Shown: piece after piece, positions 48,953 to 61,102 of the stretch | Layout: the number at the start of each line of letters is the position of its first letter | Position numbering within the stretch: position 1 is the stretch's first letter | Source: an uncultured Chloroflexia bacterium | GTDB taxonomy: Bacteria; Chloroflexota; Limnocylindria; Limnocylindrales; CSP1-4 | Length of the DNA: 64,000 nucleotides | NCBI GenBank assembly: GCA_963748625.1 | Contig: CAVVJT010000010.1 | Span: forward strand, 1,341,631-1,405,630 | Reading direction: 5' to 3' | The notes under the pieces: model-generated | What the model was told of the DNA's origin: nothing | Databases searched by the model: none | What the model saw: the letters and a program-made list of their open reading frames with translations, nothing else | Program-made: the position numbers and the translations under genes

Positions 48953-50050
48953 GTGAAGAGAGCAATCCTGCTGGCCTTGATGCTCGCCGCGACCGGCCTG
49001 CTGGCCGCATGCGGCAGCAGCGACACCTCAAGCCTCACCGGCAAGACCTGGTACCTGGTCTCCGGCTCCGAGAAGAACCCGGCGTGGCAGTGGGTCGTCC
49101 CTGCGGGCCGGCAGGTGGACTTCACGATCGCCTTCAACGAGGACAAGACCTTCAGTGCCAAGGCCGACTGCAACCAGCTGGTCGGCACCTGGTCCAACAA
49201 TCGCAACGACAACCTGGAGATCGTGCCCGGGCCCATGACCATGGCGTACTGCGGTGAGGGCGGCTACGACGCCCTGTACGCGGGGCTGCTGGGCCAGGCA
49301 TCGACGTTTGCCACGGCCGGCACCAGCCTGGACATCACCCTCCGGGACGGGGGCAAGCTGAACTACACCTCGGTCACCCCGACCGCCACGCCGGAGCCGA
49401 CCGACGAGGCCACCGCGGCCCCGACCGCGGCCCCGACAGCCGCCCCGACGCCGAAGCCGACCCCCAAGCCCACGCCGAAGCCGACCGCGAAGCCGACGCC
49501 CACACCCACGCCCGCGCCCACGGCCACGCCTGCGCCGACCAAGACGCCCAAGCCCACCGCCGGGCCGACGGCGAAGCCCACCGCCAAGCCGACCGCGACA
49601 CCCGCGCCGACGCCGAAGCCCACGCCCAAGCCGACCCCGAAGCCGACCCCTGCGCCGACGCCTGCGCCGACGCCTGCGCCCACGCCCACCCCGGGCCCGG
49701 GGCTCACGAGCACCCCGTGGCAGGTGACCTCTGTCCGGCTGGTGGAGCCGCCGTTCGAGGGCACCGTGCCGCCGGCGAACCAGGGCCTCTACACGATCGC
49801 CTTCGCGACCGACGGGACCTTCTCGGCCCGGGCTGACTGCAACACCGTCAACGGTGCGTACACGACGAGCGGATCGAACCTGACCCTGACCCCGGGGCCC
49901 GGCACGCTCGTGATGTGCGCCGAGGGCTCCTACTCCGACCTGTACATCGCGGCGATCTCGCGGACGAGGACCTTCGCCATCGCCAACAACACCCTGACGC
50001 TGACGCTCAGCGACGGCGGGACGATCACCTACACAGGGATCGCCCGCTAG
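48953..50050 (+). CDS. Lipoprotein with two META domains and a Pro/Thr/Lys linker
   Basis: LAAC lipobox; two copies of FxxDxTFSAxADCN...PGPxTxxxC. Confidence 0.85.
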   Translation: MKRAILLALMLAATGLLAACGSSDTSSLTGKTWYLVSGSEKNPAWQWVVPAGRQVDFTIAFNEDKTFSAKADCNQLVGTWSNNRNDNLEIVPGPMTMAYCGEGGYDALYAGLLGQASTFATAGTSLDITLRDGGKLNYTSVTPTATPEPTDEATAAPTAAPTAAPTPKPTPKPTPKPTAKPTPTPTPAPTATPAPTKTPKPTAGPTAKPTAKPTATPAPTPKPTPKPTPKPTPAPTPAPTPAPTPTPGPGLTSTPWQVTSVRLVEPPFEGTVPPANQGLYTIAFATDGTFSARADCNTVNGAYTTSGSNLTLTPGPGTLVMCAEGSYSDLYIAAISRTRTFAIANNTLTLTLSDGGTITYTGIAR

Positions 50051-50104
50051 GCACCCGCCAGCGTGCCGGACCCGGGTCGGCCGGCACGGAACCACGCAGT
50101 CACG

Positions 50105-50140
50105 GAAACCGGGAGCGCGCACCGCGCTCCCGGTTTCTTG
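50105..50140 (+). terminator. Intrinsic terminator
   Basis: GAAACCGGGAGCGCG-CAC-CGCGCTCCCGGTTTC 15-bp stem between convergent genes. Confidence 0.75.
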
Positions 50141-50421
50141 TGGCCCGTCGGGCCGGTCAGGGCCGACGGGCCGGGATACGCACCGGACGCTCACACGGTG
50201 CGGCCGGAGCGCTCGATGCGCGGCTGGTGCGCAGGTCATGCCGTCGGGACCCTGCCGGACCGCACGGGTGGCGCACCGGGCGCACATTCGGCGACGTCAC
50301 CGCTCCGTGTGCGCGCCGGGTGCGCACGGCAGCGGCCGCCGTGGGAGACGCCGGGTTCGCTCGCCCCGGTCGCCGTGGGAGACGCCGGGTGATGCCGCTT
50401 CCGATCAGCGGCCCGGGGCCA

Positions 50422-53400
50422 CTAGCCGATCACCACCCGGTCGGTGGCGCCACGCCCGAACGTCTCGGGCGTGTACATCTCCTCGGCGCGGGGCGGGGGC
50501 GCGGTGAAGGACCCGGGTGTCGTGGCGCGGGCAAGGTACGTGTACTCGTACTCGCCCTCCCACAGCAGCCGGGAGAAGGCCTCGACGCGGTCGTCGCGCA
50601 GGTTCTGGTGGTCATGCCAGGGACGCACCCGCCACCACCAGTGCCCGGCGCCGCGACCCGGACCACCCAGGCCCGGTGCCCCGACCACGCCGACCTTGCT
50701 GCCCCCGGTGCCGGCGTCGGCGGCGGTGGTCGCGAGCGACGGGTCGAGCGCCTCGAAGCCTGCGGGCAGCGGGTCCACCAGCGCGACGTGGTACCGGCGC
50801 GAGCGCGCCGTCATCCGCACGCGGATGCGGACGCGGGCCCCGGCGTGGACGTGCCAGGTGCCGTCGTCGTCACGTCGGACGTCGGCGGGGTCGTCGACGG
50901 CCTCGTAGGTTCGGGAGACCTCGAAGCCACGATCGAGCGGGTCGAGCACGAGGTCCGCGGGCGCGTACCGAAGGCCGAACCGGTAGTAGCAGCGTCCGGG
51001 GCCGTCCTTGGCGAGAAGGAGCTCCTGGTCGCCGCCGTCGTCGCCTTCGCCGGAACGGAGATCGGTCATGGGGATGAGGAGCGAGCGTTGGTCCGTGGAG
51101 CGGCCGCGGAACGCCTGCTCGCCGGCATAGCGCTCACCCAGCCAGAGCCGGGCGACGAAGTCCGGCGTGACGCCCTCGTACGCCTCGAAGTAGCGCCCGA
51201 GCGCGAGCAGGACGAACGCGTTCTCCTGGGTGTTGCCCCAGCGGCCCGCCGTCCGATGCGCGAGCAGCCCCGCGGCGAGCTTGGGAACCAGGTCGCTGCC
51301 GGGCTGGTCCGCGATCAGCGCCTGCAGCACCACCGCGTCTGCGCGCCGGTCCGACGCGAGCAGCAGGTGGGCGCCGTCCTCGTACCGCGCAACCACGCTG
51401 GCGGCGCCCGGCGTCTCCGTCACCCGGTTGGCCAGCTGGCGCCGGATGTCGGCGGCCTCGTCCCGTGATCCGTCGTCTGCTCCCAGGACCGGCAGCAGCC
51501 ACGCCATGGCCTCGACGGGGAGCGCGGCGGCGCCCGTGCCGGTGCGCGCGGGGCCCCCGGCCGACGCGCCCGTTCGCGCAACCAGCGCCCGTGCCGCCCC
51601 CGGATCGGGATCGTCGAGGAGGCTCCGGACGTGGATCGCGTACGCCTCGATCGCCATGCGTGCGCCGGCCGGGTACTCGCGCCCGAACCGCCGCCCGATC
51701 GTGCGCAGGTAGCGCAGCGAGGACGTGATCGTCGCGTCGGGCACCGCGTACCCCTTCGCCCGCGCTCGGGCGAATGCGTGCGCCACGTGCACGCCCAGAT
51801 ACGGCCAGGAGTCCTCGCCCCGTCGCCAGAAGCCGAAGCCGCCGTCGGCGTTCTGCATCGAGCGCAACGTCGCGAGGTCCCGGCCCATGGCCGCCTCCAG
51901 CTCCGCAGGCGCCGGCAGGCCGTCGGCCTTGAAGGCGTCGAGCACGTCCCGCAGGGCAGCGATCGCCAGGATCCGCGACGCCAGCTGCTCGGCGCACTCG
52001 AACGGGTAGGCGACCAGGTACAGCACCGCGTCCGTGAGCGCGGCCACGGCCGTGGAGGAGGTGGCGACCTCCAGGCCGCCGAAGGAGGGCACGGCCCCCG
52101 CGGGCGCGCGGACCGGCTGGGCGATCGCGCCATCGTCGAGCGTGCCGTGGACGGCGAACGCCTCGGTGGTGGCAGGCGTGCGAACGGGCAGCGTGACCGT
52201 GGCGGCGTCGGCGTCGGAGCCCGCGGCCGCGGCGACCTCGAAGCGGGCCTCCCCTACCGCATCGGCAGCGGCGGGGAACCGCACCTCCACCCGGTCTCCA
52301 GCCGGCACGATGAGGCGGCGGCCCGCCCCATCGGTGAGCAGGGCGTTCGACGGGCGCACGGCGACGTCCACGGTGGCGGGTTCGGCGCCCTGGTTCTGGA
52401 CGACGACCGGCAGCTCGAACCGGTCGCCCCAGTTGAGGAACCGCGGGGCGGACGGGCGGACCATCAGCGGCAGGCGCGCGGTGATCGCGGCCTCGCCCCG
52501 GCCGAAGCGGCGGGCGCCGTCGGTGGCGACGACCATGACCCGGTAGCGGGTGAGGTTGTCGGGAACGGTGACCGGGACCGAGGCCCGGCCGTCATCGCCG
52601 ACGGGCACGGCGGCGGCGAACAGGGCCAGCGCGGCGAAGTCGGTGCGGGCGCGGATGGGCTCCGGGGCGGGCCCGGCGGGGGCGGCGCCCGGGGCCATCG
52701 CCATGGACATCCGCATCATCTTGGGCGAGGGCGCCATCATCGGGGCAGGCATGGCCGCGTCGTAGGAGCCCACGGACATGTCAGACACGCTCCGACTGAC
52801 CTCGAGCAGCATGTCGCCGTCGTCCGCGTTCGCACGGGCCGCCAGCTCGAGCTCGTCGGGCGCGGCCAGCAGCATGTGCCGGCGTGACCGCGTCTCGTCC
52901 ACGCCCGCGTCGCGCTCCGGGTAGAAGAGCGCCATCGGGTCCGGCGCCTGGTACCCGGCCACCGCGAGGACTGCCTCGTCCACCACGATCACGGCGGCGC
53001 CACCGGCGACAGGCAAGCCGTCAGCGGCCGTCACGGCAAGGTCGAGCACCGTGGACTCGCCGGGCCGCAACCCGGCATCCCGCGGCGTCACCGAGACGCC
53101 CAGCGTGCGGGCGGCCGGCGGCACCTCGAGCTTGACCGAGCCCGCGGCGAACGCGGGCCGCATTGGCGCCCCAGGCGCATCGGGCCCACCCTCAGCCCCG
53201 TCCCGCGGCGCCGACCCGACCAGCGCGACTGCCACGTGGACATTTGGCGTGAACCCGTCCTCGATCGGGATCCGGAGCGTGTGGAACGCCTCGGTCACGG
53301 TGAAGTGCTCCTCGCGCACGAGGCCTTCCCGGCGGAGCGTGAGCAGACCCTGCGCCGGGGTGAATGGCGCCAGCACCAGGACCTCGGCGGTCTCGCCGGG

Positions 53401-56400
53401 CGCGTGGGACCGGCGGTCCGGGACCAGGACCAGCTCGTCCTCCTCCAGACCGCGGCGCTGCGGCCGGGCGCCGCCCGCCACCCAGACCTGGAGCTCGCTC
53501 TCGTGCGCGCGACCCACCTCGTCGGTCACCCGCGCGGTGACGCGCCATCGGCCACCGGCCAGGCCGCCAAGCGCGGCAGCCACCGGCGCGGCCGCTGAAC
53601 TCGAGCGTCCGCTCGACGGTCTCGACGGTCAGCTCGCGCCAGTCGCCATGGACCTGGCGCTGCTCGCGACGTTCCGCGCGCAGGCGGATCGGCCGGCCGG
53701 GGAGCGCGCTGCCGTCGATGTCCACCACGACCGCGTCCAGCTCGAACGGGTCGCCCGCGGCCACGAAGGCGCGGTCCGCCCGCAGGCCGACATACGCCGA
53801 TGCAGGATGGACCAGCAGGCTCGCCGATGCCGTCCAGGCCTGGCGGTTGACGTCCTCCACCGTCGCCTCGGCCGTGAGCGACCACGGGCGGGGCGCGCTG
53901 CCGGCAGTGGTGTCGATGCGCAGGTGGTGGGTTCCGTCCGGCCCGGTCCGGGTCGTCAGGCTCGCGTGCGCGCTCGAGGCGTCGTCGTCCGACCATGGAC
54001 GCCACCAGGGCACGAACGCGCCGAAGCCGAAGCGGTCCCAGCCGGGCGGCGAGTAGCTACCCGGGCTGGCGGTCACGCTCCAGGTGAGGGCGGCATCGGG
54101 GAGCGGTCCGCCCGCGTAGTAGGCGGCACGGACGGCCACCGAGGCGGCCTCGCCCGCGATCACCGGAGCAGGATCGGCGGTGGCGGTGACCTCGAACTCC
54201 GGGACGGCGGAACTCCGCGATCCTGAAGGCGTGCTCGCGGCGCGGGTCCCACCAGTCGTCGGGGCCCACGCGGAGCGCCGCGTCGCCCAGGTTCACGGTG
54301 GGCGGCAGGTCGAGCGCGATGTCGAACCCGCCGAGCGCATCCACGACGGCTTCGCCCTTGGCGATCTCGTTGCCGACGCTGTCCGATGCCCGCCAGGCCA
54401 GCGTCCTCACGCCCGCTGGCGCGGCTAGCACGTCACCGTGGGGCCCGCCGCCGATCACCCGGATCCAGCCCTTCACGCGGACGGTCTCGCCGGGGCGGTA
54501 GAGCCCGCGATCGTCGAAGAGGAGATAGGTGGCGGTGGCAGCCCGGTCGGACCGCCGCCAGGGGCTGGCCCACGAGGTGGAGTTGGGCAGGATGGCCACG
54601 TCGTCGCCCGATCGGGCCACGAGCACGCCCGCCTCCCCGTCCAGGCGCAGCCGCGCGGTGCCATCCTCGCCGGTCGTCGCCTGGTCCTTGCCCAGCTCCA
54701 GGTGCACACCGTCGAGCGGCGCGCCCGTCGCGAGGTCAGTCGCCCACGCGAGCATCGAGCCTCCGGTGAACGCGTCCAAGCCGATGCGCGTCGCCTGCAC
54801 CCAGGCCGATGACTCCATGCGCCGGCGCGTATCGGTCATCCGCCCGTCCGGCCGGACCACCACCACCAGCTGGCCCCGGCCACCCGGCAGCGCGTCCGCC
54901 AGGTCCACGTCCAGCGTCGTCCAGCCGAGCCGGTCGCCCGGCACCTCGAGCTTCCGGTCCAGCACCTTGCGCCCCGGTGGCTTCCGGCCATCGTTCCGCC
55001 AGCGCGACTGCTCGTACTCCAGGTACGCGGGCCAGTCCGCGGGTGCAACGGCATGCACGCGGACCCGCACCCGCTCCATGCCGATCGTCATCACGGACAG
55101 ACGCGAGCCGCCCGCCGGGTCCAGGATCACGTGGCCGCCACCGGCGAGCACCAGGCTGGGCGCGGGCTCGCCGACCTTGAACTCCAGCGTGTCCTTGTCA
55201 TCGAGCGCCTGGCCGAACTCGTCGAGCAGGGCGGCGCCGAGTGTCACGCGGTACGTGGTGTTGCCCCGGGCCGCGTGGCTGATCCTGAGCTCGGTCCCAT
55301 AGCCGTGCACCCGGTAGGCCACTGGTGGATCGATCTCCACGATCGCGTCGTCCACGGTCGCCGGGTCCAGCGGGTTCGTGAACTCGATCGTCCAAGGCTC
55401 CTCCGGGCCGTGGCGGGACCCGCGCCAGCCGACACGGTGCTCGCGGACGCGGAAGGGCCCGGGCGTGCGGAAGGTCCAGTCCTGCGCGACGGGCGTCGCG
55501 CGCGGGCCTTCGGCCGACGGGCGTCCCGGCGGGCACGGTCACCGTCACCCGCGCGTCGGACGGCAGCGGCTCGGCTGGCACCACCACGACGGTGCGATCG
55601 GACGGGTGGGCGTCTGTGATCCGCTTCGAGGCGGGGTCTGCGGCGATCTCGTCGGGCGTGGCGAGGCGCAGGGCGACGCGGTTGCGGCCGCGGTCCGTCG
55701 TGACCTCCAGGCGCTCGAGGATCGCGGTGGCGTCCACGGCCTGGTCGAAGGCGAGGGCGATCGGCGTGGTCGGGCGGACCGGGCCGCCCTCGGGGTGATT
55801 CACGATCAGGGTGGGAGCGGGCGTCGCGAACGTCCAGGCCGCCGGTGTCGCGAGGGTGGAGCCGTCCGCGGCACGCGCGGTTGCGGGCACCTCCACCGTG
55901 TAGGCCGTCGCGGCGGGCATGCGCTCGCCATCGGGCACGAAGACCAGCGTGCGGGTGTCCGCCCAGCGCCACTCGCCCGCGGGCTGCGGGTCCAGGCGGG
56001 CGGGCGGTGTCGCGGAGACGGCGGCGGCCACCGAATCCAGGGCGACCATCGGCTTCGAGAAGGTGATCGACACGCCCGGGGCGATGACGACCTCGCCGTC
56101 CGGCGTGAAGCGCGCGACCTGGAGCGGGGATGGGGCGGCCCCGTTGGTGGTGGCGGTTCCGGCGGCCGGGCGGGCGGGGGCGCCGTCTTCGGGGCTCGGC
56201 GGGAACGGTTCCGTGATCGTGCGTCCCGTGCGCGGCGGGGGCAGGGACGCGTCGCGGAGCGCGAACCCTTCGGGCGCGAGCGGGGCAGGGGTCACCTCGG
56301 CGGGGAGCCGGGCCAGCAGGCGGGCCGTCTCGTCGGCGGTGAGCGGCGTGGCCTCGGGGCGCGCCAGCTCCTCGCGGGCCGGGTCCACGGGCTGGGCGAC

Positions 56401-56481
56401 CGCATCCGAGAGCTCCAGGCCCAGCGGCCGGTCAGGTACGGGTTCCGCGTCGGCAGTGGCCTTCTCGTGGTCCATGGTCAT
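50422..56481 (-). CDS. Bacterial alpha-2-macroglobulin with Ig-like domains (three or more frameshifts)
   Basis: DDRGLYRPGE, FRIAEFRRP, PDNLTRYR, YPFECAEQ thioester motif, WGNTQEN, DPLPAG, RAEEMY. Confidence 0.85.
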
Positions 56482-56543
56482 CTCCCCGCAGGTGGCCACG
56501 CCGGCCGTCCGCCCATGATGCACCCGACCCGGCGGCATGGCGA

Positions 56544-57386
56544 TCAGCGTGAAGGAAGGTCGTCCCAGAGCGGCTCCGGCTCCGGCTGGTCGAACTCGTA
56601 CCGGCAGAAGCGGCAGATCCGGGCAGCAGCCTTGACCTCCTCGGCACAGTCCGGGCAGGTCTTGGTGGCTTTTGGCAGGAGCAGGCGCCCGCCCCAGGCG
56701 TCGAGCGGCGCCGGAATCCGGCCCGAGGCCGTGTGGGCCACGATCGCGAACGGCTTCAAGGCAAGGACCAGGCTGCGCGCCGACGCCCCCTTGCCGATGG
56801 TGACGTCAAGCCGGCGGCCGGGTTCGATCTCGGGGAGGCCCGATCCCAGCACGCCCCGCATGGCCTGGACAGCCTCCCAGCTCGCGTCCTCGATCGTGGG
56901 GATGACGAGGACGTCGTTCTCCTCGAGGCTCGTGACGGTGACGGCCACGTCCGCCTCGCGGAGGCCGCCCAAGCGCAGGCCCACGATCCGTCCGCCCAGG
57001 AGGCCCGCGACCGCCTGCGCCACCGCCCACGCAGCATCCTCGTCGCCACCGCCGATGACCAGGTTGAGGGGCTGGACCTCGGCACGCAGCGCATCGACGC
57101 CTGCGGGGAGGGCTGATGCGCTGAGGTCCCGCAGGCCGACACCCGCGACGTCGATCCGTGGTCCAAGGTACGCGGCCGCCGGCTGCTTCGCGGGCTCCGG
57201 GGCGGTCGGGGCGGTCGCCCACATCGTCTCGATCAGCTCCTGGTGGCGCTCGTCGGCGGCGAGCTCGTCCTGGTACCGGCGGTCCTCCGCGGCGATCTCG
57301 GCGTCGAGCTCGCGCCAGTCGGCGTCCCGCTCCGCCTCCTGCTGCTTCAGCGCGTAGTACATGAACCAGCCGCCGAGGTTCGTCAT
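56544..57386 (-). CDS. Protein with a degenerate RuvB-like AAA fragment and a C-terminal zinc ribbon
   Basis: TSLEENDVLVI...LDVTIGKGASARSLVLALKPF; KTCPDCAEEVKAAARICRFCRYEF. Confidence 0.7.
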   Translation of the reverse strand: MTNLGGWFMYYALKQQEAERDADWRELDAEIAAEDRRYQDELAADERHQELIETMWATAPTAPEPAKQPAAAYLGPRIDVAGVGLRDLSASALPAGVDALRAEVQPLNLVIGGGDEDAAWAVAQAVAGLLGGRIVGLRLGGLREADVAVTVTSLEENDVLVIPTIEDASWEAVQAMRGVLGSGLPEIEPGRRLDVTIGKGASARSLVLALKPFAIVAHTASGRIPAPLDAWGGRLLLPKATKTCPDCAEEVKAAARICRFCRYEFDQPEPEPLWDDLPSR

Positions 57387-57710
57387 GGCGTCCCCTTTGT
57401 GGCTCCGGTCTCCTGTCCCGCGCAGTTCAGCCGGCCGGGGACCCCGGCGGGCCGGTCCGGCGGGTCAAGCGGCGCCCGCCCCGCGTCCTCGAGATTGTCG
57501 CCGCGCTCCAGGTCGCCCGGACGGTCCACGGCTCGTCGATCTGCATCTCGCGGTGGAGGTTGCGACCCGCGATCCCCGCCCGTTCGCGAGCCAGAGACAT
57601 CGTCGGCTGCGGCTGTGACAACAGTCTGTCACGCAGCGAGACGTCAATCAGGGTGCGGGGTCAGCACCCATGGATCACCGCACCGTTCCTCGTCCCGATG
57701 TCCGGACGTG

Positions 57711-57742
57711 CCGGAGCCCCGGCCAAGCGACCGGGGCTCCGG
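57711..57742 (-). terminator. Hairpin downstream of the ExeM-like gene
   Basis: CCGGAGCCCCGG-N8-CCGGGGCTCCGG. Confidence 0.6.
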
Positions 57743-57772
57743 TGGTGCGGGCTGCCGGCTGGCAGCCCTCCC

Positions 57773-60700
57773 CTACTTCGTGAACTTGAACAGGGCGATG
57801 TGATCGGTGCCGTCGCTCAGCCTGACCGTCAACTGGCGGCAGGTTCGCGTCCAAGACTTCTCCGTCTTCCAGATGTAGGTGTACTGGCCGGTCAGCGCGT
57901 CGTACGCGAGGCTCGAGCTCCCCGCGGTGCTCGTCGACTCCACGGGATCCGTGGGGGCGCCGGTGTCACAGGCGATGGGCTTCGACGTCGGGTACCCGGA
58001 GGCGAGGATCGCAAGGCCCTGGTCGCCCGTGAGCGAGAACTTCACCGGCACGGCAGCCCCCGCCTTCATCTGGTTGAAGCCGGGCGGGTTGTCGACCGGG
58101 CTGAAGAAGCCCGAGAAGGCCCAGATCACGTTGACCGTCGCCGTATCGGTCGCGCTGTTGCCGTGGGCATCGGTCGCCTGAACCGACACCGTGAACGTCG
58201 CTGGCGCCTGGACGCCGGCCGCCGAGAACGTCACGGACTGCCCTGGCGTCTCGTATGAGCCGTTGTTGTCGAGGTCCCAGGCGAACGTGACATCGGGATC
58301 CGCGGGATCCGTCCCGGTCGCCGACAACGTGACCGTGCCGCCCTCGACCACCTGGTACGGGCCACCCGCGTCAACGGTGGGCGCTGTGAAGCCGAGGCCC
58401 ACCATCACCGGGTCGTGGTCCGAGATGCGGAACTGGTCAGGTGCGTACAGCGTGTTGATCAGGTTCGCGGTCTTGAAGTCCGTGTTGTAGTCGAGGACCG
58501 ACGGCTCGTCGGCATCGATGTGGTAGTCCGCCACACCGGTGACCTGCGAGTTGAGGGTCGCTGAGCCCAGCGCGTGGTCGAGGTAGCCCCACTGGCCGTC
58601 GAAGACGTACGAGTAGGCGTCCTCGCCCCCGAACGTGGAGACGAGGTTCGTGAAGCCCCCGGCCTCGAGCGTCGTGATCGGGTCTTCCTTCGCGTACGAG
58701 TTGTAGTCGCCGAGCATCAGGATGTCCGCGTCGCCGGTGCCGGTGGGATCCGTCGCGAACCAGTTGAGCAGCTCGTTGACCGCGTTCACCCGGACCTGGT
58801 TGCAGTTGCCCTGGCCGTCGAGCATGTCGGGTGCGTCGCAGGCGCTGCCCTTGCTCTTCAGATGGTTCCCGTCGACCAGGAAGCGAGCGCCAGTGGCATT
58901 CACCCCGAACGCCTGGAGGAGCGACGGTCGGCTCCTGGGTGCGGAATCTCCGCCGTTGACGAAGGCGACGGTGTTCAGCACGGCCGTCTGGCCGACGGGC
59001 GTCACCTTCGCCGGCTTGTAGATCATCCCAACCTTGATCGCGTCGTTGCCGAGCGCGTTCACCTGGCCCGTGCCCGCATCGGCGTCGATGAAGGCGTAGG
59101 TGCCGGGCGCGGTCGCCTCGTTGAGCTTGTCCACGAGGAACGCGATGGCGCTGTCGGGGCCGTACCCGTCATTCTCGATCTCGTTGAACTCGACGACGTC
59201 CGGGTTCATCGACACGATCGCCGCGACCGTCTTGGGCCACTGGCGGTCGAACTCGACCTGGCTGGTCGCGCCGCGGCAATCGGAAGCGGTGCCGCTGGGG
59301 AAGCAACTCGCCCACGAGTTGAAGAAGTTGAGCACGTTCATCCCGACCACCTTCACCGTGCCGCCGACGTCGGGCGGGGAGGTCGGGCGGGGGTTCACCG
59401 GCTCGAAGTTGATGTAGCCGCCCAGCGCGTTGATCGGGCGGACGCGGTAGGCGTTCGGGCTGGCGCTGTTGCCACCCCAGGTGTAGGTCATGACGCCGAC
59501 GATGTCCGTGGCCGTGTCGCCGCCGCGGAGCGTGTTGCTCGCGGAGAGCGGGTTGCCGTTCCGCCCGAACACGATCGGGTCGGGGTTCTGCGCCTGCGAA
59601 GCGTCATCGACCAGGATCTGGTTGAGGTCGTTCTGCGCCTGCAGTGCGAGCGCCGGGGCGCCCGGCAGGACCACGTTGGTCGGCTGCTGGAGCCGGCCGC
59701 CGGAGGAGAGGAGGACCTCGCCGAACCGCCCGAGCAGGTAGTGCTCGGTGACGTAGAGGGTCTGCGGCAGTTGGACGAGCATGCCCTCGTACTGCTCGGC
59801 GGCGTTGGCCGAAGCGAACGGGAGCGTGACGTCGGTCGGTTCGACCGAGCCCGTTCCGCAGTCGGTGATGCTGGTGACGGACGAGATCTGCGTCTGGCCC
59901 TGGTACTCCTCGGCCTTGCCACTCACGCGGACCACGTCGCCGAGACTGACGGTGTTGTTGTTGCCGTTGAAGACGAAGATGCCGTCCGAAGTGGTGGCGT
60001 CGTCGTCACCGCTGAGATCCTGGACGAAGAACCCGCGAAGAGCGGGGGACGGGCCCTCGTTGTCGCCCACGACGACGGCCTGCGTCGTGACGGTCCCCGT
60101 GGTCGCCGCGGTCAGGCCGCTGCCCTGGATGTCGTAGACCGGCGTATAGGGCAGGGTGCACGCATTGACGGTCGAGAAACCGACCGTGAAGTTGGCGGCC
60201 ATGTTGTCGGGCGGATCGTTGCTGTCCTGGTCGGTCACCTGGTTGGCCAGGACGACGAACGTGCAGCTGTCGCCGCTGATGAAGTCCGTGTCGGGGTTGA
60301 GGGTGAACGTCGTCGGGCCACCGGTGACGACGGCGGTGTGCGAGCCGCTGAGCGAGCAGGTGACCGTGTACCAGGCGGCGGTGACGTTCACGGCCTCGGT
60401 GAAGGTGACCGTGACGTTCGTGTCGTAGGGCACGCTCGAGGCTCCGTCGGCGGGGACGGTGCTCGCGACGGCGGGCGCCGCGTCGGGTGGCGGCGTGTTG
60501 CGCGGGTTCGGCGCGCCGATGGTGAAGTCGGCCAGGTTGTTGTCGGTGTCGGTCGCGCCGTTCGCGTTTCGTAGCGCGGCGGTCGTGTTTGACAGGTTCG
60601 CCGTGGGCGTTGTCTCGGAACAGTTCGTCAGGGAGCCGAAGCCCACGAAGTCGACGAGTCCGGTTGGGCAGGAGCCGGTCAGTGTGGTCGCGTTGTTGAC

Positions 60701-61102
60701 CAGCGCGACCTTGCCAGCGCTGGCGCTCATCGCGATCGTCCCGGTCGCATTCGGGGCCGGCAGGTCGACCGTGCCGCCGGCGCCCTGCGCCTCCTGGACC
60801 AGGAAGTACATGCCGGGACCGACTGTCCCAGCAAGGGCCGTCTTCTGCCATGTCGTGCCGGCAGACGACGCGTACTGGACCGTCCAGCCCGTCACGTCGA
60901 CAGCCACGGATCCGCGGTTGTAGAGCTCGATGAAGTCGTTCCTGTAGGTCGCGCCGGAGTTGCCACCTCCGCCGTAGACCTGGCTGATGACCACGTCAGG
61001 CGACACGGCGTTGACCGTCGGAGCGACCACGGACGCACCCGCCACGAGGGCGAGCGACATGCACAAGGACAGCCCTCGGGCTGTCCATCGGGTACGGGAC
61101 AT
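57773..61102 (-). CDS. ExeM/NucH-family extracellular endonuclease (LTD, Ig-like, OB, EEP, PKD, PxKF domains)
   Basis: Signal peptide; VVISQVYGGGGNSGA..NDFIEL; NVLNFF, EIEND, NHLKSK, GDYNSY, LDH, SDHDP; VPVKF. Confidence 0.92.
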   Translation of the reverse strand: MSRTRWTARGLSLCMSLALVAGASVVAPTVNAVSPDVVISQVYGGGGNSGATYRNDFIELYNRGSVAVDVTGWTVQYASSAGTTWQKTALAGTVGPGMYFLVQEAQGAGGTVDLPAPNATGTIAMSASAGKVALVNNATTLTGSCPTGLVDFVGFGSLTNCSETTPTANLSNTTAALRNANGATDTDNNLADFTIGAPNPRNTPPPDAAPAVASTVPADGASSVPYDTNVTVTFTEAVNVTAAWYTVTCSLSGSHTAVVTGGPTTFTLNPDTDFISGDSCTFVVLANQVTDQDSNDPPDNMAANFTVGFSTVNACTLPYTPVYDIQGSGLTAATTGTVTTQAVVVGDNEGPSPALRGFFVQDLSGDDDATTSDGIFVFNGNNNTVSLGDVVRVSGKAEEYQGQTQISSVTSITDCGTGSVEPTDVTLPFASANAAEQYEGMLVQLPQTLYVTEHYLLGRFGEVLLSSGGRLQQPTNVVLPGAPALALQAQNDLNQILVDDASQAQNPDPIVFGRNGNPLSASNTLRGGDTATDIVGVMTYTWGGNSASPNAYRVRPINALGGYINFEPVNPRPTSPPDVGGTVKVVGMNVLNFFNSWASCFPSGTASDCRGATSQVEFDRQWPKTVAAIVSMNPDVVEFNEIENDGYGPDSAIAFLVDKLNEATAPGTYAFIDADAGTGQVNALGNDAIKVGMIYKPAKVTPVGQTAVLNTVAFVNGGDSAPRSRPSLLQAFGVNATGARFLVDGNHLKSKGSACDAPDMLDGQGNCNQVRVNAVNELLNWFATDPTGTGDADILMLGDYNSYAKEDPITTLEAGGFTNLVSTFGGEDAYSYVFDGQWGYLDHALGSATLNSQVTGVADYHIDADEPSVLDYNTDFKTANLINTLYAPDQFRISDHDPVMVGLGFTAPTVDAGGPYQVVEGGTVTLSATGTDPADPDVTFAWDLDNNGSYETPGQSVTFSAAGVQAPATFTVSVQATDAHGNSATDTATVNVIWAFSGFFSPVDNPPGFNQMKAGAAVPVKFSLTGDQGLAILASGYPTSKPIACDTGAPTDPVESTSTAGSSSLAYDALTGQYTYIWKTEKSWTRTCRQLTVRLSDGTDHIALFKFTK

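Noticed and set aside
50337-50390. 20-bp direct repeat CGCCGTGGGAGACGCCGGGT x2
   Set aside because: Only two copies in a convergent intergenic region; most likely a local duplication
57615-57632. GTGACA-N6-TGTCAC palindrome as a CRP/FNR site
   Set aside because: TGTGA to TCAC spacing is 10, not 6, and it occurs once; it may be another operator or hairpin but is unsupported
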